A stretch of DNA of 64,000 nucleotides from Alphaproteobacteria bacterium (GTDB lineage Bacteria > Pseudomonadota > Alphaproteobacteria > UBA828): NCBI GenBank assembly GCA_963422645.2, contig CAXXVO010000007.1, positions 640,001 to 704,000 on the forward strand, given 5' to 3'. Each line of letters begins with the position of its first letter. Within the stretch, counting starts at the first letter, position 1. The position numbers and the translations under genes were made by a program. Under the pieces are notes generated by a model. The model was not told the DNA's origin, ran no database searches, and saw only the letters and a list, made by a program, of their open reading frames with translations. Below are positions 12,359 through 23,949 of the stretch, piece by piece.

Positions 12359-12714
12359 ACCGAGTTTTCACCACGGTCGCGGCCTGTCGCGAGCCCGTCG
12401 ACGACGGTCTCGGGCTAACCCGGGATTCCGGCTGCGCTCACGGTGCGCTTCACCCGCTGCCCCGGACCATGGTGCGATGCACCGGGCGGAGCGCGTGCTT
12501 CAGGTTCGCACCACGATGGTGTGACACAAATGCCGCGGCGGAGACCATGTGCACCGGCCCAACATCGCATGACGCTCGGGTACAGGATCCGAGGCGAGGC
12601 CTCTCCGTGAACGCGACCTGGTGCGTGTTACGGCCTTTCAGGCGGGGGTGACGTGGAATGCCACTCATCCCACTTGTCCCGCTCAATCCCGGCGAATCCC
12701 GCCAAAAAATTGTC

Positions 12715-14602
12715 GTAACTGCCCAGGTTCTTGCTGTGAAAATTCTCTGGGATTCGGCACAACGCTACCCACGCGACGCCCGTGTGCTCCTCTGGGGTCG
12801 CCGGGTTTCACAGCTCACGATGCCCCTCTTGCGGACTGCGACCGGTAAGCTACCCCGATGTGGCCCGAAGTCCGCCCGCGCGACGGGCACCGATTTTCAT
12901 TCTATGGGGTGGTCCAGCACGGCGTCGACCATGATCGTTTATGAGAATGGCTCCGCTGTTGGAGAACCCGTGCCAGGTGAGCTTACGCGCACTTGACGGT
13001 GGCGATGAGCCGATCCGATGGGCTGGTCAGGGCTTCGATGATATTCCAGCCCTGCTTTCTGGCGGTGGTGATGACGCTGCGCAGGATGGCGAAGTTCTCG
13101 GCCCCCTGCGCGGACCGGAAGCCCCCGGAGATCTTCTGGCGCAGCTTCATCATCCGAAGGTCGCGCTCGGCCTCGTTGTTCGTGAACCCGACCTCGAGGT
13201 CGATCAGGAACCGGAGCACCGCGCATTTGTGGTCGCGCAGCCTCAAGGCCAGATTGTGACCGATCCTTCGCTTCCGGCGCTTCTTCCTCTTGCCAGGCGA
13301 GAACGGTGGTTGGCTCTCGTGAAAGGCCAGCGCATCGGCGATGATCTCGTCGTATCGGCGCTCGATCAGCGCCACAAGCCTCGCCGGAACGGCGATATCC
13401 TTGTCCAGCGCGATGCGGGCGGCGCGATTGGCTCGGCGCAGGAGCTGCTGCATCCGCCGGGCCCAAGCCTCCCCTTCGATGTCCACCAGCGCCTGCAACT
13501 CCCGCAGGTGATGGGCGTTGCACAGGCCGTGCTCCACCCCTTCCATCGCGAAGTACGGCTTCCAGTGATCGTGCACGACGATGCCGGAGACACCCGAGAG
13601 CAGGGCGCCGCGCTTGCCGCTGACCCGGTACGCCGCCAGCAGCGGCGTGCAGATCACATGAAGCCACTGCGTCTGACCGCCGATCCGCAAGCCGGTCTCG
13701 TCCATGTGTTTCACCCGCGCCGTGCCCGCCGCCAGGTCCTGTATGTGCAAGGCCGCGTCCCGCAGCCGCTCGGCCGCCCTCTCGCTCATCGTCGCCAACG
13801 TCGCAGCCGTCACCGGCGCGCCGAAGAGCTCGGCCATCACCTGCGACAGCCGATCCTCCGGCAGGAAGTGAGCGTGCTGAAGGTAGACCGCCACCCCGGC
13901 AATGCGCGGGCCGTACTGCACCGGCGCCGACACCCCGTCGGGGAACGCCGCCCGGGTCACCGTCCCGCAATGCCCGCAGCACTTGGCATGCGCCCGGTGC
14001 TCGGTCACCTCCAGGGGGCTCGGCTCGGGCAGATCGAACACCTGGCGGGCGACGGGCGTTCCCGCCCTGGCCGCGTCCGAAAGCGGCGAACCGCATCCCT
14101 TGCAGGAAGCCGGGACGTGATCCTTCACCCGATCCGGGTGATCGGCGCGGCGCAGCGTCTTGCCCTTGTGGCCGGGCTGGCCACCGGGCTTGCGGCCCGA
14201 TTTGCCGCGCAGGCTTCGGGTTCGCCGCTTCGAATTCGGCTTCCTCAGCCCATCGCTCGAAGGCGGCTTGCCGCTGTTGCCGCTGTTGAGGCCGAGACGG
14301 CGCTCCAACTCCTCGATGCGCTCGACGAGACGCGCGACTTGCTCTTCCAGCCGCGCGTTCTGCTGCCGAAGCCAGGCATTTTCCTCCCGAAGCCGGGCGT
14401 TCTCCTCCTCCAGGCGGGCGATCTTCTGCGCGGGCGTTTCGGGCGCTGCTCCCGTCGAAGGGCCGCGCGGCGACTCGGGATTGCTCATGTCGTTGTTGAG
14501 TCATTTCCCGAAATTCCCGTCAAGCCCTTTCCACCAACTCCGAACGAGAAACGCCTCAATCCACTGGCCCAAAATGACAAATCAGACGACCTGGGCAGTT
14601 AC
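12715..14602 (-). mobile_element. IS66-family element, copy 2, 1888 bp (apparently identical to copy 1)
   Basis: Same IRs; own 8-bp TSD AAATTGTC (12707-12714 and 14603-14610). Confidence 0.95.
12983..14488 (-). CDS. IS66 transposase TnpC
   Basis: Translation identical to 7128..8633. Confidence 0.95.
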   Translation of the reverse strand: MSNPESPRGPSTGAAPETPAQKIARLEEENARLREENAWLRQQNARLEEQVARLVERIEELERRLGLNSGNSGKPPSSDGLRKPNSKRRTRSLRGKSGRKPGGQPGHKGKTLRRADHPDRVKDHVPASCKGCGSPLSDAARAGTPVARQVFDLPEPSPLEVTEHRAHAKCCGHCGTVTRAAFPDGVSAPVQYGPRIAGVAVYLQHAHFLPEDRLSQVMAELFGAPVTAATLATMSERAAERLRDAALHIQDLAAGTARVKHMDETGLRIGGQTQWLHVICTPLLAAYRVSGKRGALLSGVSGIVVHDHWKPYFAMEGVEHGLCNAHHLRELQALVDIEGEAWARRMQQLLRRANRAARIALDKDIAVPARLVALIERRYDEIIADALAFHESQPPFSPGKRKKRRKRRIGHNLALRLRDHKCAVLRFLIDLEVGFTNNEAERDLRMMKLRQKISGGFRSAQGAENFAILRSVITTARKQGWNIIEALTSPSDRLIATVKCA

Positions 14603-14773
14603 AAATTGTCGTACCTGTCCCGCGGGGTATTGCAGCGAAGGCGCGAGACCCCTGTTGCCGCGCACAAGCCTCCGCGGGCTGGCGCGACCATGCTTTCGCG
14701 CCCGCGATTCGTTTCCGCGCGACGCGCGGCACGCGGGCAGGGTAGAGGCCGCGACCTTGGCGGGATATCCGGG

Positions 14774-15337
14774 TCAGGGTACGGGCGGCCTCACGCCCCA
14801 GAGGGCGCTCTCGGGCACCCATCCCTCCTCGCCGGCGAGCTCGATCCGGCACCAGCCGTCCTCGCAGCCGAGCAGATCGGCGACCACCCCGGCTTCGGCC
14901 CGGAGCACTGCCGGCGAGCCGGTCAAGGGGCGTTCGCGGATGGTCTGCACCCCGTCCGTGATGACGACCGTGCGGTGGGTGGACAGCAGCGACTTGTGCA
15001 TCCAGCCCTTGGTGCCCTCATGGTCGAGCACCCAACGCCATTGATCGAATTGCGCGATCACCAGCAGCGGCAGGCCCGGGCGCGTGTAGACCCAGTCGAT
15101 GGGATAGCGCCGGCCGGGGCCGACCCGGAGGTTGGCGCGCTCCGCCTTGAGCGAGACGAAGCGCGTGCCCTCCTGGGCTTCGGCCGCAGGCGGCGCAGCC
15201 GCCCAAGCCGTGGCGACGAGAGCCGCCAGCACCGCCGAAAGAGCAACCGCGCGCACGGCCGCGAGCCCGCGTACCGCGGCGCGCGTGCCAGGCGCGAGCG
15301 GCGATGCACCGCGGCGGCGGCTTCGATAAGCGCTCAT
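14774..15337 (-). CDS. Bacterial SH3-domain protein (tandem SH3, signal peptide)
   Basis: RFVSLK..ANLRVGPG..YPIDWVY...GLP, W..V.D.EG..GW; divergent from D-glycerate dehydrogenase; start uncertain. Confidence 0.8.
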   Translation of the reverse strand: MSAYRSRRRGASPLAPGTRAAVRGLAAVRAVALSAVLAALVATAWAAAPPAAEAQEGTRFVSLKAERANLRVGPGRRYPIDWVYTRPGLPLLVIAQFDQWRWVLDHEGTKGWMHKSLLSTHRTVVITDGVQTIRERPLTGSPAVLRAEAGVVADLLGCEDGWCRIELAGEEGWVPESALWGVRPPVP

Positions 15338-15444
15338 GGCGGGCACCGAAGCCCGCGCTGCGGTTTGAGTCCCCATGGGGCGTTTGCTAAACAGGCTACC
15401 GATTGCGGTCGGATCGAGCCCGACGAGCCGCGCGCGGAGGGTCG

Positions 15445-16434
15445 ATGAGGCCTGACAGAAAGCTCAAGGTGATCGTGACGCGACGTCTCCCCCGGGAGAT
15501 CGAGGCGCGCATGATGGAGCTTTTCAACACCCGACTCAATGAGGATGATCGGCCGCTCGATCGCGAGGCCTTGGCGCTCGCCATGGCCGAGGGGGATGTG
15601 CTTGTGCCGACGGTGACGGACACCATCGACGCCGACCTCATCGGCCACGCCGGCCCGGACCTCAAGCTGATCGCGAGCTTCGGTACCGGCGTCGATCACA
15701 TTGACCTCGCTGCGGTCAAGGAGCACGGCATCTTGGTGACCAACACACCGGGCGTACTGACCGAAGACACGGCGGACATGACCATGGCGCTGATCCTCGC
15801 GGTGCCGCGCCGGCTCTCCGAAGGCGAGCGGCTGCTGCGGGGCGGCGACTGGCAGGGCTGGGCGCCCACCACCATGCTGGGCCACCGGATTTGGGGCAAG
15901 CGCCTCGGCATCATCGGCATGGGGCGGATCGGACAGGCTGTCGCCCGCCGGGCGCGGGGGTTCGGCCTCTCCATCCACTACCACAACCGCAATCGCCTCG
16001 ACGATGAGACCGAGGCCGAGCTCGAGGCGACGTGGTGGCAAAGCCTGGACCAGATGCTGGCGCACATGGATTTCATTTCCATTCATTGCCCGAGCACGCC
16101 GGCGACCTATCATCTGCTCTCGGCGCGCCGCCTCGGCCTGCTGCGCCCGCAAGCCTATGTCATCAACACCTCGCGAGGCCATGCCATCGACGAGGCGGCG
16201 CTGGTGCGTCTGCTTGAGGCCGGCAAGATCGCCGGCGCCGGGCTCGACGTCTACGAGCACGAGCCGCTGGTGATGCCCAAGCTGCTCACCCTCGACAACG
16301 TGGTGGCGCTCCCCCATATCGGCTCGGCCACGATCGAGGGGCGACTCGACATGGGCGAGAAGGTGCTGATCAACATTCAGACGTTTGCCGACGGGCATAA
16401 GCCGCCCGATCGGGTCATCGATCCGGGACACTGA
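15445..16434 (+). CDS. D-2-hydroxyacid (D-glycerate/glyoxylate) dehydrogenase
   Basis: GTGVDHID, TNTPGVLT, GMGRIG, NTSRG, LDVYEHEP, PHIGSAT. Confidence 0.9.
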   Translation: MRPDRKLKVIVTRRLPREIEARMMELFNTRLNEDDRPLDREALALAMAEGDVLVPTVTDTIDADLIGHAGPDLKLIASFGTGVDHIDLAAVKEHGILVTNTPGVLTEDTADMTMALILAVPRRLSEGERLLRGGDWQGWAPTTMLGHRIWGKRLGIIGMGRIGQAVARRARGFGLSIHYHNRNRLDDETEAELEATWWQSLDQMLAHMDFISIHCPSTPATYHLLSARRLGLLRPQAYVINTSRGHAIDEAALVRLLEAGKIAGAGLDVYEHEPLVMPKLLTLDNVVALPHIGSATIEGRLDMGEKVLINIQTFADGHKPPDRVIDPGH

Positions 16435-16464
16435 CCGGGGACTGAGGCGGGGGAGGACGCGGCG

Positions 16465-17217
16465 ATGCTGTTCGATGGACGCGTGGCGATCGTTACCGGC
16501 GGCGGCTCGGGCATCGGGCAGGCGACGGTGCTGGCGCTCGCCGCCGAGGGCGCGGCGGTGCTGGTCTCCGATATCGACGAGGCGGGCGGTGAGGCCGCGG
16601 CCGCGGCGGTCCGCGACGCCGGCGGCACGGCCGCCTTCTTGGCCGTGGACGTGGCCGAGGCGAAACAGGTCGAGGCCCTCGTCGACCGGGCGCTCAGCGA
16701 CTTCGGCCGGCTCGACCTCGCCTACAACAACGCCGGCATCGAGGGCCCGCAAGCGCTGCTGGCCGAGCAGGACATGGCCGCGGTTCAGCACGTCTTCTCG
16801 GTCATGATCGAAGGCGTCTACCTCTGCATGCAGGCGGAGATTCCGGCGATGCTGGAGTCGGGCGGCGGCTCCATCGTCAATGCCGGCTCTATGTGGGGGC
16901 TCGCGGCCTTCCCGCTCTGGTCGCCCTACATGACCGCGAAGCACGCGGTCTCGGGCATGACCAGGGCGGCGGCGCTCGATTACGCCAAGGACGGCATTCG
17001 GGTGAACGCGGTGGCGCCGGGGCCGATTCTGACTCCGCTGCTGCTGCGCGGCTGGGACAACGACCCCGCCAACGCTTCCGGCCGTGTGCCGATGGGCCGG
17101 ATCGGCCGGCCCGAGGAGGTCGCGGACGCGGTCGTTTGGCTGCTTTCGGACAAGGCGAGCTTCGTCACCGGCCACGTGCTGCCGGTGGACGGCGGCATGC
17201 TGGCGGAGAAGGGTTGA
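16465..17217 (+). CDS. Short-chain dehydrogenase/reductase
   Basis: TGGGSGIG, NNAG, YMTAK, IRVNAVAPG. Confidence 0.9.
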   Translation: MLFDGRVAIVTGGGSGIGQATVLALAAEGAAVLVSDIDEAGGEAAAAAVRDAGGTAAFLAVDVAEAKQVEALVDRALSDFGRLDLAYNNAGIEGPQALLAEQDMAAVQHVFSVMIEGVYLCMQAEIPAMLESGGGSIVNAGSMWGLAAFPLWSPYMTAKHAVSGMTRAAALDYAKDGIRVNAVAPGPILTPLLLRGWDNDPANASGRVPMGRIGRPEEVADAVVWLLSDKASFVTGHVLPVDGGMLAEKG

Positions 17218-17231
17218 ACCGCAGACCCTTC

Positions 17232-18689
17232 TCAATCTCGCCAGAAGCGGGGGACGAAGAGCACCAGAACCGTGAAGAGCTCGAGCCGTCCGAGCAGCAT
17301 GGCGGCCGACAGCAGCCATTTCGCCGGCTCCGGCAGGGGTTGGAAGGTACCGGAGGGGCCGATGATCTCGCCGAGGCCGGGGCCGACGTTGGCGATCGCC
17401 GTGGCCGCGCCGCTGACGCTGGTCACATAGTCGAGTCCCATGAGCGCCAGTCCCATCGCGATCAGCCCGAAGCTCACCACGAACAGGAAGAAGAACCCCA
17501 TCACCGCTGGCGATACGCCTGCCGGAATCGGCCGCCTGTTGAACTTGCTGATGAAGACGCCGTGGGGCTGGATGAGCTGGCGAATCTGCGAGAGAGACGT
17601 GGACGCCAGAACCTGAATTCGGAAGACCTTTACACCGCCCGTGGTCGAGCCGGTACAGCCGCCGATGAACATGAGGAGCGTGAACACGGGAAGCGCGAAG
17701 GTGCCCCAGGCGGAGAAGTCGGCGGTGGAGTAGCCTGTGCCGGTCAGTATCGAGATGCCGTTGAAGGCCGCCTCGCGAAACGCATCGGTCGGCGCGGCGC
17801 CGTTGGCCGCCATCAGCCAGCCCGCAAGCGAAAGCAGCGCGAACAGAACCAAGCCGAAGAACCAGCGCACCTGCGTGTCGCGCGCGAGCGCTCCCCAGCC
17901 GCCGCGCGCGGCCTGCAAGTAGAGCACGAAAGGAAGCGAGCCCAGCACCATGTAGATAGTGGCGATGCCCTCGATGGCGTCGTTGTTGAAGTGGCCGAAC
18001 GAGGAGTCCGAGGTCGAAAAACCACCGGTGGCGATGGTCGTCATCGCGTGGCACACCGCCTCGAAGGGTGTCATGCCGGCGGCCCAGTAGGCGATTCCGT
18101 TGCTGACCGTGAGCCCGAGGTAAACCATGCCGATGGCGCCGGCGAGTTGGGCCGCGCGGGGCAGCACCTTCTCGGAGCTGTCCGACGATTCGGTGTGGAA
18201 GAGCTGCATGCCACCGATCTGGAGCATCGGCAGGATCGCGATGGCCGTGACGATGATGCCGATGCCGCCGAGCCATTGCAGGAGCGCACGCCACAGCAGA
18301 ATTCCGGTCGGCGCCTGGTCGAGCCCGACGATGACCGTGGACCCGGTCGTGGTGAGCCCGGACATCGCCTCGAAATAACCGTCGGTGTAGCTCAGGTTGA
18401 GGTCCGAAAAGGCGAAGGGAAGGGCCGCGAAGGCCGCGACGACGACCCAGCTCAGGGTGGTGAGAACGAAGGCCTGACGCAATGTCAGCCGCGGCTCCCG
18501 CATCCTGTTGGAGAGCACCAGGCAGGTGCCGATGAAGAGCGTGAAGGCGCCTGCTGCGAGAAAGACCCGCCAGTGGGGATCGCCCGTCACCGCATCGGCG
18601 ATGGCGGGCAGCAACATCGCGAGCGAGAGCGTGATCAGCAGAATGCCAACCACGAAGAGAACCGGCCGGAAGTCCCTGACGGAGCCCAT
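17232..18689 (-). CDS. trkH: TrkH family potassium uptake membrane protein
   Basis: FEAMSGLTTTG, LQWLGGIG, ATGGFS, GSTTGGVK, NVGPG, LGRLE. Confidence 0.93.
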   Translation of the reverse strand: MGSVRDFRPVLFVVGILLITLSLAMLLPAIADAVTGDPHWRVFLAAGAFTLFIGTCLVLSNRMREPRLTLRQAFVLTTLSWVVVAAFAALPFAFSDLNLSYTDGYFEAMSGLTTTGSTVIVGLDQAPTGILLWRALLQWLGGIGIIVTAIAILPMLQIGGMQLFHTESSDSSEKVLPRAAQLAGAIGMVYLGLTVSNGIAYWAAGMTPFEAVCHAMTTIATGGFSTSDSSFGHFNNDAIEGIATIYMVLGSLPFVLYLQAARGGWGALARDTQVRWFFGLVLFALLSLAGWLMAANGAAPTDAFREAAFNGISILTGTGYSTADFSAWGTFALPVFTLLMFIGGCTGSTTGGVKVFRIQVLASTSLSQIRQLIQPHGVFISKFNRRPIPAGVSPAVMGFFFLFVVSFGLIAMGLALMGLDYVTSVSGAATAIANVGPGLGEIIGPSGTFQPLPEPAKWLLSAAMLLGRLELFTVLVLFVPRFWRD

Positions 18690-18743
18690 CGGGCGGCTCG
18701 TGAGCCTTGGCAGCTGCCCGGCGGTGCGGCCGGGCCGGGCGTT

Positions 18744-19394
18744 CTAGCGCGGTACCGAGGCCGCCGGGTTCCCGATCATGCTGAGAAACTCGCGGCGGGT
18801 CTTCGGATCCGTGCGAAATGAGCCGAGCATCCGGCTCGTCACCATGAGAACTCCCTCCTTGGACACGCCCCGGGTCGTCATGCAGTGGTGCGCCGCCTCG
18901 ACCACGACCCCGACGCCGCGCGGCTGCAAAATCGTCTCGATAGCGTCGGCGATCTCGGCGGTGAGCTTTTCCTGAATCTGCAGACGCCGGGCGTACACGT
19001 CGACCACGCGCGCGAGCTTGCTGATCCCGATCACTCGGTGGTCCGGCAAATAGCCAATGTGGGCGCGGCCGACGATCGGCGCCACATGGTGCTCGCAGTG
19101 CGAACGGAAGTCGATGTCGCGGAGAACGACCATCTCGTCGTAGCCGTTGGTCTCCTCGAAGGTGCGGCGCAAGATCGCATAGGGGTCCTGGCCATAGCCC
19201 CTGAAGTATTCCTCGTAGGCGCGCGCGACACGCTTGGGCGTATCGAGCAGCCCCTCGCGCTCAGGGTCGTCGCCGGCCCAGCGGAGCAGCACGCGCACCG
19301 CCTGCTCGGCCTCGTCCCTCGTCGGTCGCGCGACCGCGCCTTCGGTCGTGTCGTCATTGGCGCCGGCAAGCGGCGCGGGCTGGCTGTCGTCCAC
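18744..19394 (-). CDS. folE: GTP cyclohydrolase I
   Basis: [39 protein letters not shown]. Confidence 0.95.
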   Translation of the reverse strand: MDDSQPAPLAGANDDTTEGAVARPTRDEAEQAVRVLLRWAGDDPEREGLLDTPKRVARAYEEYFRGYGQDPYAILRRTFEETNGYDEMVVLRDIDFRSHCEHHVAPIVGRAHIGYLPDHRVIGISKLARVVDVYARRLQIQEKLTAEIADAIETILQPRGVGVVVEAAHHCMTTRGVSKEGVLMVTSRMLGSFRTDPKTRREFLSMIGNPAASVPR

Positions 19395-19505
19395 AGGCAG
19401 TCTCCTTCTCCGGCCCTGGGCCGGCTGTACGGTACTACGAGAGCGCAGCGAGGCGGTCTCGGCGTCGTTCGGTCATTTGATCAGCGCGCCGGCAGCTGCA
19501 CGGCC

Positions 19506-19898
19506 TCAATTAAGCTGCACGGGCGCATCCGGCGAGTCGAGCGAGAATGCGGGAATATCCACATCGAAGCGCTCGCCGTCCAGTGTTTCCATCTCATAGG
19601 TGCCGACCATGATCCCGGTCGAGGTGTTGAGCGGGCAGCCGCTCGTGTACTCGAACGCCTCCCCAGGCCGTAGCACCGGTTGCTCGCCGACGACTCCGGG
19701 CCCGCGCACCTCCTGGATGCGGCCAAGGCCGTCGGTGATCTGCCAGTAACGGTTCAGAAGCTGCACCACGTCAGCGCCGTTGTTCTGAATTCGGATGTGA
19801 TAGGCGAACACGAATTGGCTGTCGTCGGGCTCGGACTGCTCCTCCAAATAGAACGGCTTGACCGTAATCTCAATCGCGCGCGTTTCTTTTTGGTACAT
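19506..19898 (-). CDS. apaG: ApaG protein
   Basis: [40 protein letters not shown]; GGAGG RBS upstream. Confidence 0.92.
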   Translation of the reverse strand: MYQKETRAIEITVKPFYLEEQSEPDDSQFVFAYHIRIQNNGADVVQLLNRYWQITDGLGRIQEVRGPGVVGEQPVLRPGEAFEYTSGCPLNTSTGIMVGTYEMETLDGERFDVDIPAFSLDSPDAPVQLN

Positions 19899-20202
19899 CC
19901 ACATCCTCCAAGACAACCGGCTGGCACTATCGGCCTCGTGCAATCGTTTGTCCAGAACAGCACCGGAGTCCGGATCACACACCTCTCTGAGGCATCAGTC
20001 ATGGCTGACTTTCGCCGATGTCAGAGAAACGCCGGCAACAACCGGATGCGACAGGAGGTGGGTTCGTGCGGCTGGATACCTCCGCCGGATACCGCCTTGC
20101 GTCGGGGCCTCCCGCGCCCGACCATGGCTGCAACGATTGCTGCCCATCGGGCCACGATGCGGCCGGGGCAGCAACGCCACTTGCAACAAGGGAGCAGGTG
20201 CC

Positions 20203-20967
20203 ATGGGACTCGCAAGACGTGACCTCCTGATCGGTCTCGCCGGGCTGCCGCTCGCGGCGGTCCTCGCCGACCGGCGGCTCGCCCGCGCCGCCGCCGCCAG
20301 CCTCGAGACCGTCACCATCACCACCGCCGGCGGCCGCCAGGTGACAGCCGCACTCGGTGTGCCCGCCGCGCTGCCGGCGTCAGCGGTGATGCTGATTCAC
20401 GAATGGTGGGGGCTGAACGATCAGATCAAGTCTGTGGCCGCCGCGCTTAGCGACGTCGGCTATCTGGCGCTCGCTATCGATCTCTACGACGGCCAGGTGA
20501 CCGACGATCCGCAGATCGCACGCGGGCTGGTCGGTGCGGTGGATGCCGAGGCTGCGACCGACACCTGCGCCTCATGGGTCAACTGGCTCCAGGGCCACGA
20601 CAATGGCACCGGCAAGGTGGGCACCGTGGGCTGGTGCTTCGGCGGCGGCTGGTCTCTCAACGCCTCACTCGCGGCGCCGGTCGATGCCACCGTCATTTAC
20701 TACGGTAACGTGAAGAAAGGGCGGAAGCGCCTCGCGGTGCTGGCCGGGCCGGTGCTAGGCCACTTCGCCACCCGCGACAATTGGATCAACCAAGCCATGG
20801 TGGAGGGCTTCGAGGCGGAGTTGGCCGCGGCCGGCAAGAACGCCGAGAACCACTGGTACGAGGCCGACCACGGCTTCGCCAACCCCACCAGCGCCCGCTA
20901 TGACGAGGAAGATGCCGCCCTCGCCTGGCAGCGGACTCTGGCCTTCTTCGAGGCCCACCTCACCTAA
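20203..20967 (+). CDS. Dienelactone hydrolase family protein with Tat signal
   Basis: RRDLL twin-arginine leader; HEWWGLN, GWCFGG, HGFAN. Confidence 0.85.
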   Translation: MGLARRDLLIGLAGLPLAAVLADRRLARAAAASLETVTITTAGGRQVTAALGVPAALPASAVMLIHEWWGLNDQIKSVAAALSDVGYLALAIDLYDGQVTDDPQIARGLVGAVDAEAATDTCASWVNWLQGHDNGTGKVGTVGWCFGGGWSLNASLAAPVDATVIYYGNVKKGRKRLAVLAGPVLGHFATRDNWINQAMVEGFEAELAAAGKNAENHWYEADHGFANPTSARYDEEDAALAWQRTLAFFEAHLT

Positions 20968-20982
20968 GAGGAAGGGCGGCGG

Positions 20983-22857
20983 CTAGGCGCCCCTCAGCCT
21001 CGGGCGAGATTCGAAGGCGCGCTCGTCGCGCGGCTGCTCGTCGAAGAGCTCGGCGAGTTTTTCGGTCATGGTGCCACCGAGCTGCTCCGCGTCGGTGAGC
21101 GTAACGGCGCGGCGATAGTAGCGCGTCACGTCGTGCCCGATGCCGACGGCCAGCAACTGGACCGGCGAGAAGGTCTCGATCCAGTCGATGGCCGAGCGCA
21201 GGTGCCGCTCCAGATAGTTGCGCGCGTTGACCGAGAGCGTGCTGTCGTCGACCGGCGCGCCATCGGAGATGACCATCAGGATGCGCCGCTCCTCGGATCT
21301 GCCAAGCAGCCGCTCGTGGGCCCAAAGCAGCGCTTCACCGTCGATATTCTCCTTGAGCAGACCCTCGCGCAGCATGAGGCCGAGGCTCTTGCGCGCACGG
21401 CGCCAAGGCTCGTCGGCGTTCTTGTAAATGATGTGGCGGAGGTCGTTGAGGCGCCCCGGATTGCGGGCGCGCCCTTCGGCCAGCCAACGCTCGCGCGACT
21501 GGCCGCCCTTCCACGCGCGGGTGGTGAAACCCAGGATCTCCACCTTGACGCCGCAACGCTCCAGAGTCCGCGCCAGGATGTCGCCGCTCATGGCGGCGAC
21601 CATGATCGGCCGCCCGCGCATGGAGCCGGAGTTATCAATGAGCAGCGTCACCACCGTATCCCGGAACGAGGTCTCCTTCTCCATCTTGTAGGAGAGCGGA
21701 TGGAGAGGGTTGGTGACGACGCGGGAGAGCCTCGCGGTATCCAGCAGGCCTTCCTCCAGGTCGAACTCCCACGAGCGGGTTTGGCGCGCGAGCAGGCGGC
21801 GCTGCAGCCGGTTCGCGAGCCGGCTGATCACCCCATGAAGCTGGGAAAGTTGTTGATCGAGCTGGGTGCGCAGCCGCGCTAGCTCCTCGGCATCGCAGAG
21901 ATCCGAGGCGTTGACGATCTCGTCGAACTGCGTGGTGTACGCCTTGTAGGCCGGCTCCTTGCTTCCCGGTCCGGCGCCGGGTTGGAAGCGCCGGCGGCCG
22001 GCCTCCTCGTCGTCTTCCTCGCCCTCGCTCATGGAGGCATCGGCATCCTCGTCGGCTGCCTCTTGCGCGTCGGCATCGGCGTCTGCGTCGGCATCCGCCT
22101 CCCGGTCGCTGTCCGAATCCATCTCGTCGCCGCGCTCGGCATCGCCGGGCTGGCTCGCATCGTCATCGTCGGTCTGCTCGGGGCTCGACTGGTCTTCGGC
22201 GTCGTCCGGGTCTTCCGCGTCCTCGTCGGGCAGGTCCAGCTCCTTGATAAGGCGGCGGGAGAGATTAGAGAACTGGTCCTGGTCGTCGATCGCACGCAAG
22301 AGCTGCGACGTGTGCCGCGCGCCCTTGGTCTCGAACCAGGGCCGCCAGAGATCGGCCATGTGGCGGGCGGATTGCGGCAGGTGCCGGCCGGTGAGCCTCT
22401 CCCGCATGAGCATGGCGAGGGCTTCGGCGATCGGCACCTCCTCGGGCATCGTGCAGTTGCCGTAGCCCTTGCGGCGGCAACGCTGCTCCAGGGCCGAATC
22501 GAGATTTGCCGCGACGCCTGCCAGCTTGCTTGCGCCCAGCGCCTCGACCCGTGTCTGCTCGATCGCGTCGTAGATCGCGCGCGCGGTCTTGCCGCGCGGC
22601 TGCTCGCGCACATGGGCGCCCTGGTCGTGATAGCGGAGCCGGAGCGCCAGCGCATCGGCCGAGCCGCGCACGAGCTCCACATCGAGCGCGTTGAGATCGC
22701 GCGCGGGGAAGGGCAACTGAACCTGATCGCCTGCGACCTGCGGCTGATCCGCACCGAAGGAGACCTGAAGTTCTTCGCCCGCCTCGCCCGCGATGGCCCG
22801 CAGCGCCGAGCCGACGGCGCGCTGGAAGGTCTCGACGGGGGTTTCCTCCTGGGGCAC
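20983..22857 (-). CDS. cobT: Cobaltochelatase subunit CobT
   Basis: Acidic linker, v[30 protein letters not shown]. Confidence 0.93.
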   Translation of the reverse strand: MPQEETPVETFQRAVGSALRAIAGEAGEELQVSFGADQPQVAGDQVQLPFPARDLNALDVELVRGSADALALRLRYHDQGAHVREQPRGKTARAIYDAIEQTRVEALGASKLAGVAANLDSALEQRCRRKGYGNCTMPEEVPIAEALAMLMRERLTGRHLPQSARHMADLWRPWFETKGARHTSQLLRAIDDQDQFSNLSRRLIKELDLPDEDAEDPDDAEDQSSPEQTDDDDASQPGDAERGDEMDSDSDREADADADADADAQEAADEDADASMSEGEEDDEEAGRRRFQPGAGPGSKEPAYKAYTTQFDEIVNASDLCDAEELARLRTQLDQQLSQLHGVISRLANRLQRRLLARQTRSWEFDLEEGLLDTARLSRVVTNPLHPLSYKMEKETSFRDTVVTLLIDNSGSMRGRPIMVAAMSGDILARTLERCGVKVEILGFTTRAWKGGQSRERWLAEGRARNPGRLNDLRHIIYKNADEPWRRARKSLGLMLREGLLKENIDGEALLWAHERLLGRSEERRILMVISDGAPVDDSTLSVNARNYLERHLRSAIDWIETFSPVQLLAVGIGHDVTRYYRRAVTLTDAEQLGGTMTEKLAELFDEQPRDERAFESRPRLRGA

Positions 22858-22872
22858 GCGGCGTGCTCCGGC

Positions 22873-23874
22873 TCAGGAGGTCGGCTGCAGCGGCGCCGAC
22901 GATTCGGGAAGCTCCATGCCGAGGCAGCGCTGGAAGTATTCGGCGATGATCGGCCGCTCCATCTCGTCGCACTTGTTCACGAAGGTGGTGCGGAAGGCGT
23001 AGCCCACGTCCCCGAAGATCTCGGCGTTCTCGGCCCAGTGGATGACCGTGCGCGGCGACATGACGGTGGAGATGTCGCCGGCCATGAAGCCTGAGCGGGA
23101 AAGATCCGCCACCTCGACCATCGCGTGGATCAGCTTGAGCTTCTCCTCGGTCTCGTAGGAGGGCACCTTCGACAGCACGATCTTCACCTCCTCGTCGTGG
23201 TGGAGGTAGTTCAGCGTCGCGACGAGGTTCCAGCGGTCCATCTGGCCCTGGTTGATTTGCTGCGTGCCGTGATAGAGGCCCGTCGTGTCGCCGAGGCCGA
23301 CGGTATTGGTGGTGGAGAAGATGCGGAATGCGGGATGCGGCCGCACCACCCGGTTCTGATCGAGCAGGGTGAGCTTGCCGTCGACCTCGAGGATGCGCTG
23401 GATCACGAACATCACGTCCGGCCGGCCGGCATCGTACTCGTCGAAGACCAGCGCCGTCGGATGCTGCAGCGCCCAGGGCAGCAGGCCTTCGCGAAACTCG
23501 GTCACCTGCACCCCGTCGCGGATGACGATCGCGTCCTTGCCGATCAGGTCGATACGGCTGATGTGACTGTCAAGGTTGATGCGAATGCAGGGCCAGTTGA
23601 GGCGCGCCGCCACCTGCTCGATGTGGGTGGATTTTCCGGTGCCGTGATAGCCCTGGATCATCACCCGGCGGTTGTGCGCAAAGCCTGCGAGGATGGTGAG
23701 CGTGGTGTCGCGGTCGAAGCGGTAGGCGGTGTCGATGTCCGGCACATGGTCCGTGGGATCCGAAAACGCCGGCACCTCCATGTCGGTATCGATACCGAAA
23801 GTCTGGCTGACGGAAACCTGGATGTCCGGCACTCCGTCATTGGTGACAGCCGCCCCTGCCTCGTTCATCTGCAT
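22873..23874 (-). CDS. cobS: Cobaltochelatase subunit CobS (AAA+)
   Basis: [32 protein letters not shown]. Confidence 0.93.
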   Translation of the reverse strand: MQMNEAGAAVTNDGVPDIQVSVSQTFGIDTDMEVPAFSDPTDHVPDIDTAYRFDRDTTLTILAGFAHNRRVMIQGYHGTGKSTHIEQVAARLNWPCIRINLDSHISRIDLIGKDAIVIRDGVQVTEFREGLLPWALQHPTALVFDEYDAGRPDVMFVIQRILEVDGKLTLLDQNRVVRPHPAFRIFSTTNTVGLGDTTGLYHGTQQINQGQMDRWNLVATLNYLHHDEEVKIVLSKVPSYETEEKLKLIHAMVEVADLSRSGFMAGDISTVMSPRTVIHWAENAEIFGDVGYAFRTTFVNKCDEMERPIIAEYFQRCLGMELPESSAPLQPTS

Positions 23875-23949
23875 TGCGCGCTTCCCTCTGCACAAATAAG
23901 GCCGCCATCGGCGGCCCTCCTGTGCCAGTCCGATCGACAACGCCTTCGT

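Noticed and set aside
6860-14602. Composite transposon that delivered clpB
   Set aside because: Each IS has its own TSD and prmC-DUF4167-clpB is the native gene order
15334-18294. 986-aa minus-strand ORF and other long overlapping ORFs (7086..8783, 12941..15448, 47382..49727, 52093..53874)
   Set aside because: Antisense or alternate-frame shadows of well-supported genes in high-GC DNA
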